Positions 8,994-18,923 of a stretch of 64,000 bases of DNA are shown here, piece after piece. Under the pieces are notes generated by a model that made no database searches, had not been told where the DNA came from, and saw nothing but the letters and a program-made list of their open reading frames with translations. This DNA is from an uncultured virus (IMG/VR IMGVR_UViG_3300002170_000002) (lineage: Duplodnaviria > Heunggongvirae > Uroviricota > Caudoviricetes). The position numbers and the translations under genes are program-made. The stretch's first letter is position 1; each line of letters starts with the position of its first letter. The stretch is from IMG/VR virus record IMGVR_UViG_3300002170_000002, positions 1 through 64,000 of that record; one strand, given 5' to 3'.

Positions 8994-11900
8994 TTATGAT
9001 AAGTCTAAGTCTGCTTGATAGGATTCCTTTAAGAATTGGGCTATCATTGCAATCATATTATCTATATCTACCGTTTCATGCACATCTCCATTCAAGTGAA
9101 TAGAGGGTGTATGATTATTAGTAATATACTGTTGAACAAATTCTCTCTTTCCTCTTGCCAACAATTCAGGAGCTACATTGGTTGACATCTCAGGCTTCTC
9201 ATCAGGGATAGTAGAACGAACGCTACTAATGGATTGATTCAAATCATACCTTGCAGCACCTTCAGCTGCTTTAATCAATCTCTGAGCTGCATTTTCTATG
9301 GTAGGTATTGTCATTAGCATACCATCTGCAATCCCTAAGCCCATCATCTTACCAACCGTATGCTTAAATAATCTGGAAGGAGAACGAATCATAGCCGTAT
9401 GTCTTGCAGCTGCATTGGCTGCTCTAATAATTTCAGAAGCTGCTGCCTGTACCTCAGGAAGAGCTGACCTCATACCTTGGGCAACCCCCAATCCTAATTG
9501 TTGCCCTGAATAATAATACGTTCCCGTGTATCTCATTACAGCTTTTTGTCCAGAAGTAGTGGTGTTTACTACAGCACTTCTATAATCTCCTCTGGTACCT
9601 TCCCAACCGGTGGTAGTGCTTTTTCCTAAATAATTACCAGCGGCATCATACAATCCAGAAGTAGATTGAGCAGATTGTACCCCAGCTAATGAGAATAGCA
9701 TAGCAGAACTTTCCATCAATCCCACAGCAGAAGTCATACCTTGAGCAGAGTCTCCACCTAAAGCATGACCTGTACTGGTAAATTGAGGAGAGGCTTGTTG
9801 CTGGGCACTAAGGGAAGCATTAATCATCTGATTTCCCATAGTGGAGGGGAGATATTGGCTAAGTTCATTCGATACCCCTTGAGTAATAGTTTGACCTGAA
9901 TTCTGCCCCACTGTAGTTCCAGCACTCTTTACAGTTCCTCCATAATTACTTGGGAGAACTGGTTCTTGCACTTGAGGTTGTATCAAATAGCTACTCGGAG
10001 AATGATCTTCCCCTAAACCCCCTAAGATGAGGTCATTCCAAAACCAACTTAATCCATCTAAGATGCTTCCACCCATAGTGCCTAAATCGTCAAGAAAACC
10101 ATTTATCAAGCTCTCGGCAATTTTACCCCCAATCCCCTTTAAGGCAGTTCCAGCAGCCGAAATAGCATCATCTACTAAGGAAGTGAGAAGAGGGTCTACA
10201 GCTTCCCATAATCCACTCTCGGATAAGCCATCTAAGAAACCTCCAATTACACTATCAGAGCCATCGTAGAGTTTAGCCTTATTATCTGTAAACCATGTAA
10301 CAATTTTAGTAAGGATAGTACCTAAATAAAATCCAATATCCCCACTCCAATTAGCCATAGCACCTAAGATAGCATCAATCATTTCAGAAGCAGAAGTTAA
10401 GATATCTTCTCTCTGTGATAAATCTCTTAGGAATGAAACTAATGTAGAGCCAACAGCATTAACTAATGTAGGAGCGTGTTCTCCAACTGTATTAAATAAT
10501 CCTACTAAAGTATCGCCAAAAGCATTGACAATTTCTGGCATTCTGGTTCTAAGGGTTTCAGCAATACCTGTAACCCCATCTACCAGATTTTCAACAAAGG
10601 TGGGATAAATCTCATCAAAATTCTTTAAGCCATCAATCATTCTGGTGATGGCATTGTCAAAGGTATCCTCACCGAATACCTGATTTAACATTCTCCAAAC
10701 CCCTACAAACTTAAAGAGATTTCCTACTAATCCACCCTTAAACACACCAAAGAGGAAAGTTAGAGCTCCTCCAAATTGGGTAATGGCTTCAGTAATCCCA
10801 GCCTTGGGGTCTGTCTTAAATATTTCTACAATCCCCGTAATGGTATCAATCAACTCAATACCCTTACTTCCTATCCATCGGAATTTTCCTTCTACTTTCT
10901 CAAAGAAGGCATCTAAATCCTGTTGATTAATTATACCTGATATCTTTTCAAACAAATCTTGGAATCCGAATAGAGCTTCTGTCCGAATCCGAGTCATAAT
11001 GTCAGACCAACGCATAGGCATTTTATCGAACATCTCGTTAATCTCATCTTCAGCAGCCAGGATACCTGCAATAACTCTATCGGTGGTTAATTCCCCTTCA
11101 CTGGCAGCAGATTTCATTGCCCCTGTAGAGTCATAACCTAAGTTTTTAGCTAACATCTTAGCCAAAAGAGGAGCACCCTCTAAGATAGACCTAAGTTCGT
11201 CACCTTGCAGTACCCCAGAACCCAATGCCTGTCTTAATTGTAGCATAGCGGAACGTTGAGACTCAGCTTTTGTACCAGCAACTTGGAATGATTTGGATAT
11301 AATAGTAGCAAACTTAATGGCTTCGTCAGTCGTACCAAAGGCATCCCCAGTAGTTAGTTTCAAGGTCGTAACGTCATCTAACATATCCCCATAGAACATT
11401 CTGGACTCTTTGGATGCTTGACGAATTCCTTCCCGAATTCCTTCTACAGTTTCTCCATCTTCTAAGATGTTCTGAATACGGGTCATGGAAGATACATAAC
11501 TATCCACATTCCCCATCATATTATTCACAACACCAACTACATTTTTACCAAAGTAGGTAGCTGCTGCTAAAGTTTGTAAGTGCCATCCAATCTTGGAGAA
11601 GATTTCTTGCAATCCTCCAAATGAGGGGAGAAGAGAAGTCGCAAAGGATTTAGAAAGATTTAACACTTCACCTCTAAGCCTCTGAACAACACCACCTAAC
11701 TTCATTACATTACCAATAACAGTAATAACAGCACCAGAGATAGGATGAACAGCTCCTACAACACCGCCAAAACGTATAATGACATTCCCTATCCCAGAGT
11801 TTAATCTAACCATAGCATTGGATACTTGGTCGATTACCCCTCTTGGATTTCCTTTTAGCCCCAAATTATCAGGAATCAAATTCATTCCCGCAATGTTCTC

Positions 11901-12404
11901 GGACAATCCTCTTAATTTTCCTACTGTCCAACTCGAAAAGGAGGATACAACACCTTTCGTTTTATTAAAAGCTCTGCTAAACTTTGATTCAAGAGGTAGG
12001 TCATCCAAAGAAGTCCATTTTGGCGCAGGTAAAGCTAATTGGGCATGGTTTGCGATTCTCGGCATGGTGTCTTGAAAAAACCTTACCTTCGCAGCCTGTC
12101 TCAATTTCCTTTCTGCTCTTACAGCAGCTCGTGCCATACCATCTAACTCCTTAGATGACAACCCTATCTCTTTTCCTATTAGTCTAAAATCAGTCCTAAG
12201 AGCTTCTGACACTCTATGAAAACTTTCTAATTCCCCAATATTTGTTCCAAATTTATCAACTTTTTGACCGACAGTATCTAAATCACCGCCAGCCTTTTTT
12301 AATCGGTTGGCAGCTTTTACTACAGCATCCATATTGTCAGCAATTCTTTTGATAGGTCTTGATACATTATCTACCAATTTCATTGCTAAACTAATTGTTT
12401 TCAC
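8994..12404 (-). CDS. Tape measure protein
   Basis: 1136 aa; AMLQLRQALGSGVLQGDELRSILEGAP tape-measure domain; IRSPSRLF near the C-terminus. Confidence 0.92.
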   Translation of the reverse strand: MKTISLAMKLVDNVSRPIKRIADNMDAVVKAANRLKKAGGDLDTVGQKVDKFGTNIGELESFHRVSEALRTDFRLIGKEIGLSSKELDGMARAAVRAERKLRQAAKVRFFQDTMPRIANHAQLALPAPKWTSLDDLPLESKFSRAFNKTKGVVSSFSSWTVGKLRGLSENIAGMNLIPDNLGLKGNPRGVIDQVSNAMVRLNSGIGNVIIRFGGVVGAVHPISGAVITVIGNVMKLGGVVQRLRGEVLNLSKSFATSLLPSFGGLQEIFSKIGWHLQTLAAATYFGKNVVGVVNNMMGNVDSYVSSMTRIQNILEDGETVEGIREGIRQASKESRMFYGDMLDDVTTLKLTTGDAFGTTDEAIKFATIISKSFQVAGTKAESQRSAMLQLRQALGSGVLQGDELRSILEGAPLLAKMLAKNLGYDSTGAMKSAASEGELTTDRVIAGILAAEDEINEMFDKMPMRWSDIMTRIRTEALFGFQDLFEKISGIINQQDLDAFFEKVEGKFRWIGSKGIELIDTITGIVEIFKTDPKAGITEAITQFGGALTFLFGVFKGGLVGNLFKFVGVWRMLNQVFGEDTFDNAITRMIDGLKNFDEIYPTFVENLVDGVTGIAETLRTRMPEIVNAFGDTLVGLFNTVGEHAPTLVNAVGSTLVSFLRDLSQREDILTSASEMIDAILGAMANWSGDIGFYLGTILTKIVTWFTDNKAKLYDGSDSVIGGFLDGLSESGLWEAVDPLLTSLVDDAISAAGTALKGIGGKIAESLINGFLDDLGTMGGSILDGLSWFWNDLILGGLGEDHSPSSYLIQPQVQEPVLPSNYGGTVKSAGTTVGQNSGQTITQGVSNELSQYLPSTMGNQMINASLSAQQQASPQFTSTGHALGGDSAQGMTSAVGLMESSAMLFSLAGVQSAQSTSGLYDAAGNYLGKSTTTGWEGTRGDYRSAVVNTTTSGQKAVMRYTGTYYYSGQQLGLGVAQGMRSALPEVQAAASEIIRAANAAARHTAMIRSPSRLFKHTVGKMMGLGIADGMLMTIPTIENAAQRLIKAAEGAARYDLNQSISSVRSTIPDEKPEMSTNVAPELLARGKREFVQQYITNNHTPSIHLNGDVHETVDIDNMIAMIAQFLKESYQADLDLS

Positions 12405-12438
12405 AGCACCAACTCCTAATTAACCCCTTCTATGGCTA

Positions 12439-12621
12439 CTACCTTTTAGCTTTACTTTTCATCTCCCTTGCTTCTTTTTCTAAGTCCTCAGAGCGACAAG
12501 TTAACATAGCCATTAAAAGAATCCTTTCTTTTCTGGGGAGGTTCATAATAACAGAGGGTAGCACTCCATGTTCAATAAAAGCATAGTATGCCACCCCCGT
12601 CAGAGAATCCTCCCGAATTAG
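12439..12621 (-). CDS. -1 frameshift extension of the tail assembly chaperone (gpGT/XkzB-like)
   Basis: Slippery heptamer A AAA AAC at 12627-12621 just before the TAA. The -1 frame is open for 60 codons (LIREDSLTGVAYYAFIEHGVLPSVIMNLPRKERILL...KAKR*) and fills the gap to the tape measure gene. Confidence 0.8.
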   Translation of the reverse strand, partial: LIREDSLTGVAYYAFIEHGVLPSVIMNLPRKERILLMAMLTCRSEDLEKEAREMKSKAKR

Positions 12622-13076
12622 TTTTTTGCTACTTCATAAAGTTCTTCGTCATCACTGTAACCAGAAACTTGGAGGATTTTATCCGCTAATCTTGATTTCT
12701 CACCAGACAAGAGGAATTTATTAATTGCTTGTTCAGGGGTAGATACTCCTGCACGAGATAGGAAATCCTCCGATTTGAAGTTAGGTTCAATAACGCATTG
12801 GGTAATGATAGAGGAGTGAAGAACTTCAGAGCTAAGCTGGCTCTTTCCACCCTTAGTAGCTTTTCGTCTTGCAAGGTCTAATTGAGCATCCGTAATGGGC
12901 TTTACCTTAAACTCTTTTCCTTCAAATCTTCCTTCCATAGTTACAGAGAACACCATATTATCCACAGGGTTATCTAAAAGGAAGTCAGCCAGAGACACTA
13001 CTTTATTGTTATCAATCACTTCTACTTCTTGTTCAGTGTTTTGTACATTCTCTTGATTCATTTCATTGTATTCCAT
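12618..13076 (-). CDS. Tail assembly chaperone (XkdN-like)
   Basis: CVIEPNFK...L....V..PE..I.K.LLSGE...L...I..VSGY...AKN; lies between tail tube and tape measure. Confidence 0.88.
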   Translation of the reverse strand: MEYNEMNQENVQNTEQEVEVIDNNKVVSLADFLLDNPVDNMVFSVTMEGRFEGKEFKVKPITDAQLDLARRKATKGGKSQLSSEVLHSSIITQCVIEPNFKSEDFLSRAGVSTPEQAINKFLLSGEKSRLADKILQVSGYSDDEELYEVAKN

Positions 13077-13104
13077 AATCTTATTTCTCCCCCTTTATTA
13101 AATA

Positions 13105-13566
13105 TTAGTTATAAGATTTGGGCAGGAGGAAGTCTGCAAACGTAAATTCAACATCCTCCTCTAAGTTATCAGCATCAACATCAATCTTAGCAATGTCCAT
13201 ACTATCAATATTACAGTCAATCAAGATAGTCTCTTGAGAGCCAATACCAGCAGTGGGGTCATTGTTAATGATTGTCAAGTTAAAGTTAAAGTCTCTACCC
13301 GTCAATGCATATTCAGCCATCATTTCCTTAAAGATAGAAGTAACAGCATAGATAGTCATAGAGCCAGAACCAGTAAATCCATTGGACTTATGTTGCTTTC
13401 CTCTACGTCTGAGCAGTTTAATTTCTTCCTTCTGTTTTTCTACAGTGGCGGTCAAAGATTTAACATAGAACAAATCTTCTACTTGTCCTCGATATGTCAT
13501 AATAGCCGTAGCTTCAGAACCACTAACTAAGTTATTAGCATTAAAGTTTTCAAAATTAAGAGCCAT
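13105..13566 (-). CDS. Tail tube protein (XkdM-like)
   Basis: K..GFTGSGSMTIY.VTS.F, NNDP...IGSQ and EEDVEFTF.D motifs. Confidence 0.92.
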   Translation of the reverse strand: MALNFENFNANNLVSGSEATAIMTYRGQVEDLFYVKSLTATVEKQKEEIKLLRRRGKQHKSNGFTGSGSMTIYAVTSIFKEMMAEYALTGRDFNFNLTIINNDPTAGIGSQETILIDCNIDSMDIAKIDVDADNLEEDVEFTFADFLLPKSYN

Positions 13567-13579
13567 TCATCATCACCCC

Positions 13580-14959
13580 TTATACTCTTGTGTTAATAGT
13601 CAAGTACAGCTTCTCAAGACTATCCATGGGTTGTACAAACAGGTCTACAATAATGGTGTCAGGCTCAGCACCCATACGAATAGAGATATCTTCAGAAATA
13701 TTAAAGTTTCTGATAGCTCCTTCATCACTCAAACGCATCATGAAGGCTACAATATCACCACTCAAGGCACTTCTTCCATGCTCATTAGCATTAACCTTCC
13801 CAATGTAACCAGTTTCAAAGAGGTCTACAATGTACTCTTGAATGTACACTAGAGTACGCATGGTACGGTTCTTAGAGTAAGCTCTTGTACGCATAGAGCT
13901 AAAGATGTGCAGGGAGTTAATATCTTGCTCCACTACTACAGCTCCATCTCTACGATAGGTCAAAAGGAAAAATCCTTTATTCAATCGAGCAACCGTTTCT
14001 TCATCATTATATGCTTTCTTCAATTCAACCACATGAGGAACAACAGCATAGGTATTTCCGCGGTTAATGGAAGTACCAGCATACAGTCCAGCAACCCAGT
14101 GAGCAACTTCCCCAGCAGTGAGAGAATGTTCAGTACCATTGGGGTAACGAGCTAATGCAGGATATTGAGCTTCGTCAATCTTAACCAGACCTTCAAAGTT
14201 ACCATCATCCGAATCACTACTATAAGTTCCAACAGCAACCCCAGTACGATATCTTCCAGCATCATGTTCTCTCTTCAGGAACTTTTCAAAATCTACCAGC
14301 TTAGACGGGTCTGTCATAACTACTACATCATAGTTCAGACCACCAATTACTTCCTCAATATCCTCAGACCATCCACCAACCGTTCCATTTGACCCACCTT
14401 CTAAAGCAGTAGCAACTTGTTCAGACAGCTCTCCAGTTCCAGTGAAGTCAACATACATATTATCCTCAATTTCTTCAGCAGTCGAACCTACGGAACGAGC
14501 AACCTCAGTACCATTCAGAGCCGTGATTACTACAAAGCTATCCCCAAAGGATTCAATCGTAACTGTAATACCATTCCCCAATACTCCGCCATATTTAGCA
14601 GTAGCAGTAAGAACAGCACCAACAGCTTCACCGTCAACCCATTGGACTATTACCGTTGCTGTTGCCTTCGTAGAACCAGCATCTCCTCTAACAATTACTA
14701 CTTCCCTTGCATTTTCTAAGGCTTTCTGAACAGATACTAATTCAGGTGCTCCCATAGCATACCCAGTTAGTTCAAGCGTTCTTCCGCCCCTAACATCATC
14801 CGCTGTCAATCGAACAATGTCATCACCCCATGCAAGGGGTAAAACAGTAGCTACAATCCCATTAGCACCCAGCATATCAGCATCTGTCCGAGTTGCCATA
14901 AACCGAACATATGCTCCGGGTCTAATTTTATCAAAATCAGTAAAACTACCTTGAGCCAT
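13580..14959 (-). CDS. Contractile tail sheath protein (XkdK-like)
   Basis: K.RPGAYVRF, ATAKYGG.LGN, VEQDINSL, SKNRTMR, YIGKV...GR and P.DSLEKLY motifs. Confidence 0.93.
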   Translation of the reverse strand: MAQGSFTDFDKIRPGAYVRFMATRTDADMLGANGIVATVLPLAWGDDIVRLTADDVRGGRTLELTGYAMGAPELVSVQKALENAREVVIVRGDAGSTKATATVIVQWVDGEAVGAVLTATAKYGGVLGNGITVTIESFGDSFVVITALNGTEVARSVGSTAEEIEDNMYVDFTGTGELSEQVATALEGGSNGTVGGWSEDIEEVIGGLNYDVVVMTDPSKLVDFEKFLKREHDAGRYRTGVAVGTYSSDSDDGNFEGLVKIDEAQYPALARYPNGTEHSLTAGEVAHWVAGLYAGTSINRGNTYAVVPHVVELKKAYNDEETVARLNKGFFLLTYRRDGAVVVEQDINSLHIFSSMRTRAYSKNRTMRTLVYIQEYIVDLFETGYIGKVNANEHGRSALSGDIVAFMMRLSDEGAIRNFNISEDISIRMGAEPDTIIVDLFVQPMDSLEKLYLTINTRV

Positions 14960-14990
14960 TTTCTACCTCCTTTTCATATTCATCACTACT

Positions 14991-15599
14991 TCAACCCAGT
15001 AATCGGTCATAGTAGTCCTTCTGCAATTTTACATACACGTTTAATCCTAACTGCCTCATTTTATCATAAATCACATTGGGGATTAAACGAACCTTATAAT
15101 CTACATACATTATCAGATTATCATTTCCTCTCGTAGAGGTTTGCCTTGTAGCTCTAACAGGTAGCATCTGTGTAATATAATCTCCTTCTGGATTTTCACT
15201 CACAGTCGGGATATAAATATACCTTGAGCATAATTGTCCTCTATGGATAAAATCATCTTTCAAATGATTGGGGATAGTAGAATTACCTAAGAAGAATCTT
15301 ACTTCATTCTGATAAGTTCTATCCATTATCTCATTCCCTCTTTCATATTGATTGACATTAAATTGACGAACAAAGATAACAGGTCTTTGCTCATCTTCTG
15401 CTTTATCCACAAAACTATCATAGGTGTAATCTTCTAAGCCTAAGGATTCAGCAGCGTGTTGATATTGTGGTTCCTTATGAATATCATATTCAGGAAACTC
15501 TTCAACCAGCTGTCGAATCAAGGCATTCTTCACTGTATGGGCTGTAAAGATTGCAGTTTCATTATGAGAGGTTCTTATGTTTTCTTGAGCTAATCCCAT
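14991..15599 (-). CDS. Putative tail terminator/completion protein
   Basis: Position directly upstream of the sheath gene; size. Confidence 0.55.
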   Translation of the reverse strand: MGLAQENIRTSHNETAIFTAHTVKNALIRQLVEEFPEYDIHKEPQYQHAAESLGLEDYTYDSFVDKAEDEQRPVIFVRQFNVNQYERGNEIMDRTYQNEVRFFLGNSTIPNHLKDDFIHRGQLCSRYIYIPTVSENPEGDYITQMLPVRATRQTSTRGNDNLIMYVDYKVRLIPNVIYDKMRQLGLNVYVKLQKDYYDRLLG

Positions 15600-15611
15600 G
15601 ATAAACCCCTC

Positions 15612-16070
15612 CTATCCTTCTAAATCCTTACGGATTTTTCGTACAGTATCTCTTCCAAATCTTCTGGCTTCATCATCTTCCATGTGAGCCACTGTCTTTT
15701 CTAAAAAGTTAAATCCATCTCTCCACCCAGCCTTAAAGAATTGTCCTGTGGGGCTGGAACGCTCATAATGAAATGTATCACCAGACCAATACCCGGGAAC
15801 AAATCTGGCTGTATGATAATACCCATCATTTAATGGCTTTGCATAGGGAGAATCTGTCTGTAGGATACGTATATACTTCCCTTGGGTGACAATATACCAC
15901 GAATCTCTAAGGTTTCCGTATTTGACAGGAGAATAATCTCTCATAGTTTGAAGTGCTATGTCTGCAAATTCATCCATCTCATCTTCTAAGTATCCAGAAA
16001 CACCTTTATGGGCTCTAAGAAACCTCTCCTGTAGTTTCCGTAGGGGTCTAAAGTCAGCAGATAATTGCAT
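15612..16070 (-). CDS. HK97 gp10-like neck protein
   Basis: SPVKYGNLRDSW, YA..LNDG and RFVPGYW motifs. Confidence 0.8.
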   Translation of the reverse strand: MQLSADFRPLRKLQERFLRAHKGVSGYLEDEMDEFADIALQTMRDYSPVKYGNLRDSWYIVTQGKYIRILQTDSPYAKPLNDGYYHTARFVPGYWSGDTFHYERSSPTGQFFKAGWRDGFNFLEKTVAHMEDDEARRFGRDTVRKIRKDLEG

Positions 16071-16081
16071 ACCACCAACCC

Positions 16082-16468
16082 CTACGCTACCCTATCTTCT
16101 ACAAATGTAACTTCAATTTTCGTTGTATAGTGCTTAGGAAGATTTAATATCCCACTATACTTCCCTAACTCATTGCCTTGATAATCAATAACATGAGCTA
16201 CAACCTTATCTCCTTTTAGGACATCAGTTCCTACAGGTAAAAATAATTTGATGGGTTGGAATCCTTCTAACATAAATCCAGTATCGTGTGCAGAGTCATC
16301 ATTTTCTCCAAAAGAAAGTTTACAGTCTATCGATTCATAGAGCAAATGAAATTCAGAAGTACCCACTGTACCATCTGGATTCTTAGTCTTAACCTTTCTA
16401 TAAATATCAACTTTATCAGTAAAAAGAAGTTCATAGAATGCTCTTGCATAATCAATATGAAGTCGCAT
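16082..16468 (-). CDS. Head-tail adaptor/stopper
   Basis: DKVDIYR, CKLSF and KLFLP...DV.KGD motifs; synteny. Confidence 0.7.
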   Translation of the reverse strand: MRLHIDYARAFYELLFTDKVDIYRKVKTKNPDGTVGTSEFHLLYESIDCKLSFGENDDSAHDTGFMLEGFQPIKLFLPVGTDVLKGDKVVAHVIDYQGNELGKYSGILNLPKHYTTKIEVTFVEDRVA

Positions 16469-16470
16469 GA

Positions 16471-16911
16471 TTATAACCTCTTACCAAAATGATTATGTGG
16501 TATCATATTCCTAAACTCCATTAAGTCATGCTTATGGTCGAATAGTAGGTCATCCCATGAAAGACTTCTTCTTCCCCCAATAAGGGAAGTACCAGTAGAT
16601 TGAAAGAACTCTACAGTAGAGTCACCATCTTTAATGGATTTGGTACCCCCAGATACATTGGGAGTAATTGCATACCCATCTCCAGTAGAGAGCTTCTCTC
16701 TCACAAACTCTAAGTAAGTGACATAATCCACAACAATATTTGCCCACGTGTAGTAGGCTTGTTTTGGCATCCTTGAGCAGTTAATATAATTCAGAATCTT
16801 TACCTCTGCTTCTTTAATGAGCAGTTCAATATGCTCTTCAGAAAAAGAGGTATGGTTCATCAGCTCCAATTTCATTTCTACAATTTCTTGGATTTCATCA
16901 TAATAATCCAT
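16471..16911 (-). CDS. Head-tail connector (gp6/gp15-like)
   Basis: ILNYIN...P, SIKDGDSTVEF and L..FR motifs. Confidence 0.78.
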   Translation of the reverse strand: MDYYDEIQEIVEMKLELMNHTSFSEEHIELLIKEAEVKILNYINCSRMPKQAYYTWANIVVDYVTYLEFVREKLSTGDGYAITPNVSGGTKSIKDGDSTVEFFQSTGTSLIGGRRSLSWDDLLFDHKHDLMEFRNMIPHNHFGKRL

Positions 16912-16928
16912 ACCTCGTCATCCTCCTA

Positions 16929-17297
16929 CTATCTAAGCAGCTTTTTCAAGTCTGCCACAGTGGCATTCTTATTGTATTCAATCCCTCTATGCTCAGCTAA
17001 TTGTTGGAGTTCAGCTTTCTTAAGTTTGTCAATGTTTACTTCCACTTCTTCAGCCAATTCACCATCTACTAACTCAACTTCTTCTTCCACTTTCTGTTTT
17101 TCTTCTTCAGCTTGTTTAGTGTCAGATTTCTGTACTTCTGCTTTCTCTTTTTTGGGTTGTCCACTAGGTTCTCCATCTTCTACCTTGAATGCACCTACCT
17201 TTAGAGCGTCAGCATATAGTTCATCAGGGATATCTACTTCACCATTGTACCATTTTCCGTTAAATTTAATATTTCTACTAAAAAATACCTTTGCCAT
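16929..17297 (-). CDS. Small head-associated protein with C-terminal HeH/Rho-N-like motif
   Basis: C-terminal LKKAELQQLAEHRGIEYNKNATVADLKKLL. Confidence 0.6.
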   Translation of the reverse strand: MAKVFFSRNIKFNGKWYNGEVDIPDELYADALKVGAFKVEDGEPSGQPKKEKAEVQKSDTKQAEEEKQKVEEEVELVDGELAEEVEVNIDKLKKAELQQLAEHRGIEYNKNATVADLKKLLR

Positions 17298-17338
17298 CTT
17301 ATCACCCCTTTAGGCAATCTCTATCTTGTGCCCTTCTA

Positions 17339-18433
17339 TTAAGCAACCTTAACGATGAACACTTCTTCCATACGGTCAAAGGAAGGGGCTCCTACCATGG
17401 AAACAATTGTTGCAATGTTAACAGGATGGGGTTCACGATACGTAGTAACAGCAATCCCGGGATTCACAATGGCAGTGTTTGCAGCGTGTCCAGAAGCACC
17501 CAACAGGTCAAGCTCTTCAGGGGTTACCCCATAGACCGAAGAACCTACAGCTCCACTCGGCAGCAGGGTAATTTGATTGTCAGGATAGTATTTAACCGTT
17601 TCCTTGTCATCATTAACAAACATCTTGTCATATACAATAAACTCCAGACCCGTTTCTTGCTGTACATAGGATTGCAGTTCAGAACGGGAGAATCGCAGGG
17701 AATCAAAGTACAGGGGATTCATACCTTTCTTCAGGCTCTCAGATTTGAGCATATTACGAAGAGTAGTGGAGTTCAACAGTACACGAGTCGGTACGTGTCC
17801 AGTTTCATCCAGAATCTGGTCTTTAATTTCTAACAGGTCAGCAACGGGGTCATTGGAATCAGCATTGGCTTCCTCCCATGTATCCGTACCAGTCAATTCA
17901 AATTGGTTGCTGGATGCCCATTCTCCATCTTGGTCGAAGTTCAGGTCATACTGTACATCTCTTCCAGTTTCAGCAGAAGCCTTAACACGAATAGCCCCAG
18001 TAGACAGAACAGACATTCTCATTTGCTCCATTCGAGCCTCAGCACCCTCAATCAAGGGAGTCAATTGGTCGTAAATCATGGGCAGGAAACGTTTGACAAA
18101 TTCTTCACCAGAGTTCATCAACTTAAAGAGTTCTTGTCGTTCTTTCTCTCCAATTTGAGCAGCCTCTCTAAAGAAGGGCATACCATATTGCAGAGAAGTG
18201 ATACCCATTTTGTCACGCAACGGTGCTTTGGTATCAAACTCACTGGGTTGCAGTACTACAGGAAGTCCTTTCGTACCTCTAATCATTTGCAGGTCAGTGT
18301 TATTACTTCTACGAGCAGGGAACAAGGATGCTCCCAGATTCGGGTTATCTTGATATCGATTAATGTTCTCCCAATAAGAAGCCAAAATTTGAGCATTAAC
18401 TAATTGGGCAATATCTACTACTCTATCAGTCAT
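17339..18433 (-). CDS. Major capsid protein (lambda E-like family)
   Basis: LGASLFP, GLPV.L.PS.FD, MPFFRE, R.EQMRM..L.TG and YG.TPEE.DL motifs; follows scaffold and decoration genes. Confidence 0.92.
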   Translation of the reverse strand: MTDRVVDIAQLVNAQILASYWENINRYQDNPNLGASLFPARRSNNTDLQMIRGTKGLPVVLQPSEFDTKAPLRDKMGITSLQYGMPFFREAAQIGEKERQELFKLMNSGEEFVKRFLPMIYDQLTPLIEGAEARMEQMRMSVLSTGAIRVKASAETGRDVQYDLNFDQDGEWASSNQFELTGTDTWEEANADSNDPVADLLEIKDQILDETGHVPTRVLLNSTTLRNMLKSESLKKGMNPLYFDSLRFSRSELQSYVQQETGLEFIVYDKMFVNDDKETVKYYPDNQITLLPSGAVGSSVYGVTPEELDLLGASGHAANTAIVNPGIAVTTYREPHPVNIATIVSMVGAPSFDRMEEVFIVKVA

Positions 18434-18451
18434 TATTTATTTCACCTCTTA

Positions 18452-18913
18452 TTAGTCGCCTTCGGGCTCTCCGCCTTCGTCTCCGCCTTCGTCTCCGCCT
18501 TCGTCTCCGCCTTCGTCTCCGCCTTCGTCTCCGCCTTCGTCTCCGCCTTCGGAGATTTCGTCAAGGATTGTGATTTGCTTCATAGCTGCTTCAGCTTCAG
18601 CAGTAATCGTAACCCCAGCGTTCTCTTCTACATTTTTACGTTGAACAAAACCGTGAATCATTACAGCAATGTTCTTATCTTCATCAGTAACATCATAATC
18701 ATTGAATACCAATCCAATTGCAGTCTCATCATTTGCGGGATAGGGAGTACCAGCACGTACCATAAATCGCCCCGTATTTTCATCTTGTGTAACCATTCCA
18801 CCAGCAGCCTTTGCTTTTTCTACCCTGAAACCAATATTGACATAGTGGTCAGGCATTGCAAGAATATGCTTTTGGGGAGCAAGAACTTTAGTAGTTCTAA
18901 TAATCATACTCAA
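18452..18913 (-). CDS. Head decoration protein with acidic (EGGD)n tail
   Basis: V.AGTPYP.ND..AIG.V..DYDVT and HGFV motifs; between scaffold and capsid genes. Confidence 0.75.
   Translation of the reverse strand: MSMIIRTTKVLAPQKHILAMPDHYVNIGFRVEKAKAAGGMVTQDENTGRFMVRAGTPYPANDETAIGLVFNDYDVTDEDKNIAVMIHGFVQRKNVEENAGVTITAEAEAAMKQITILDEISEGGDEGGDEGGDEGGDEGGDEGGDEGGEPEGD
18469..18551. repeat. 12-bp tandem repeat CTCCGCCTTCGT, about 7 copies
   Basis: Units start at 18469, 18481 ... 18541; encodes EGGD repeats. Confidence 0.95.
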
Positions 18914-18923
18914 TCAATCCTCC

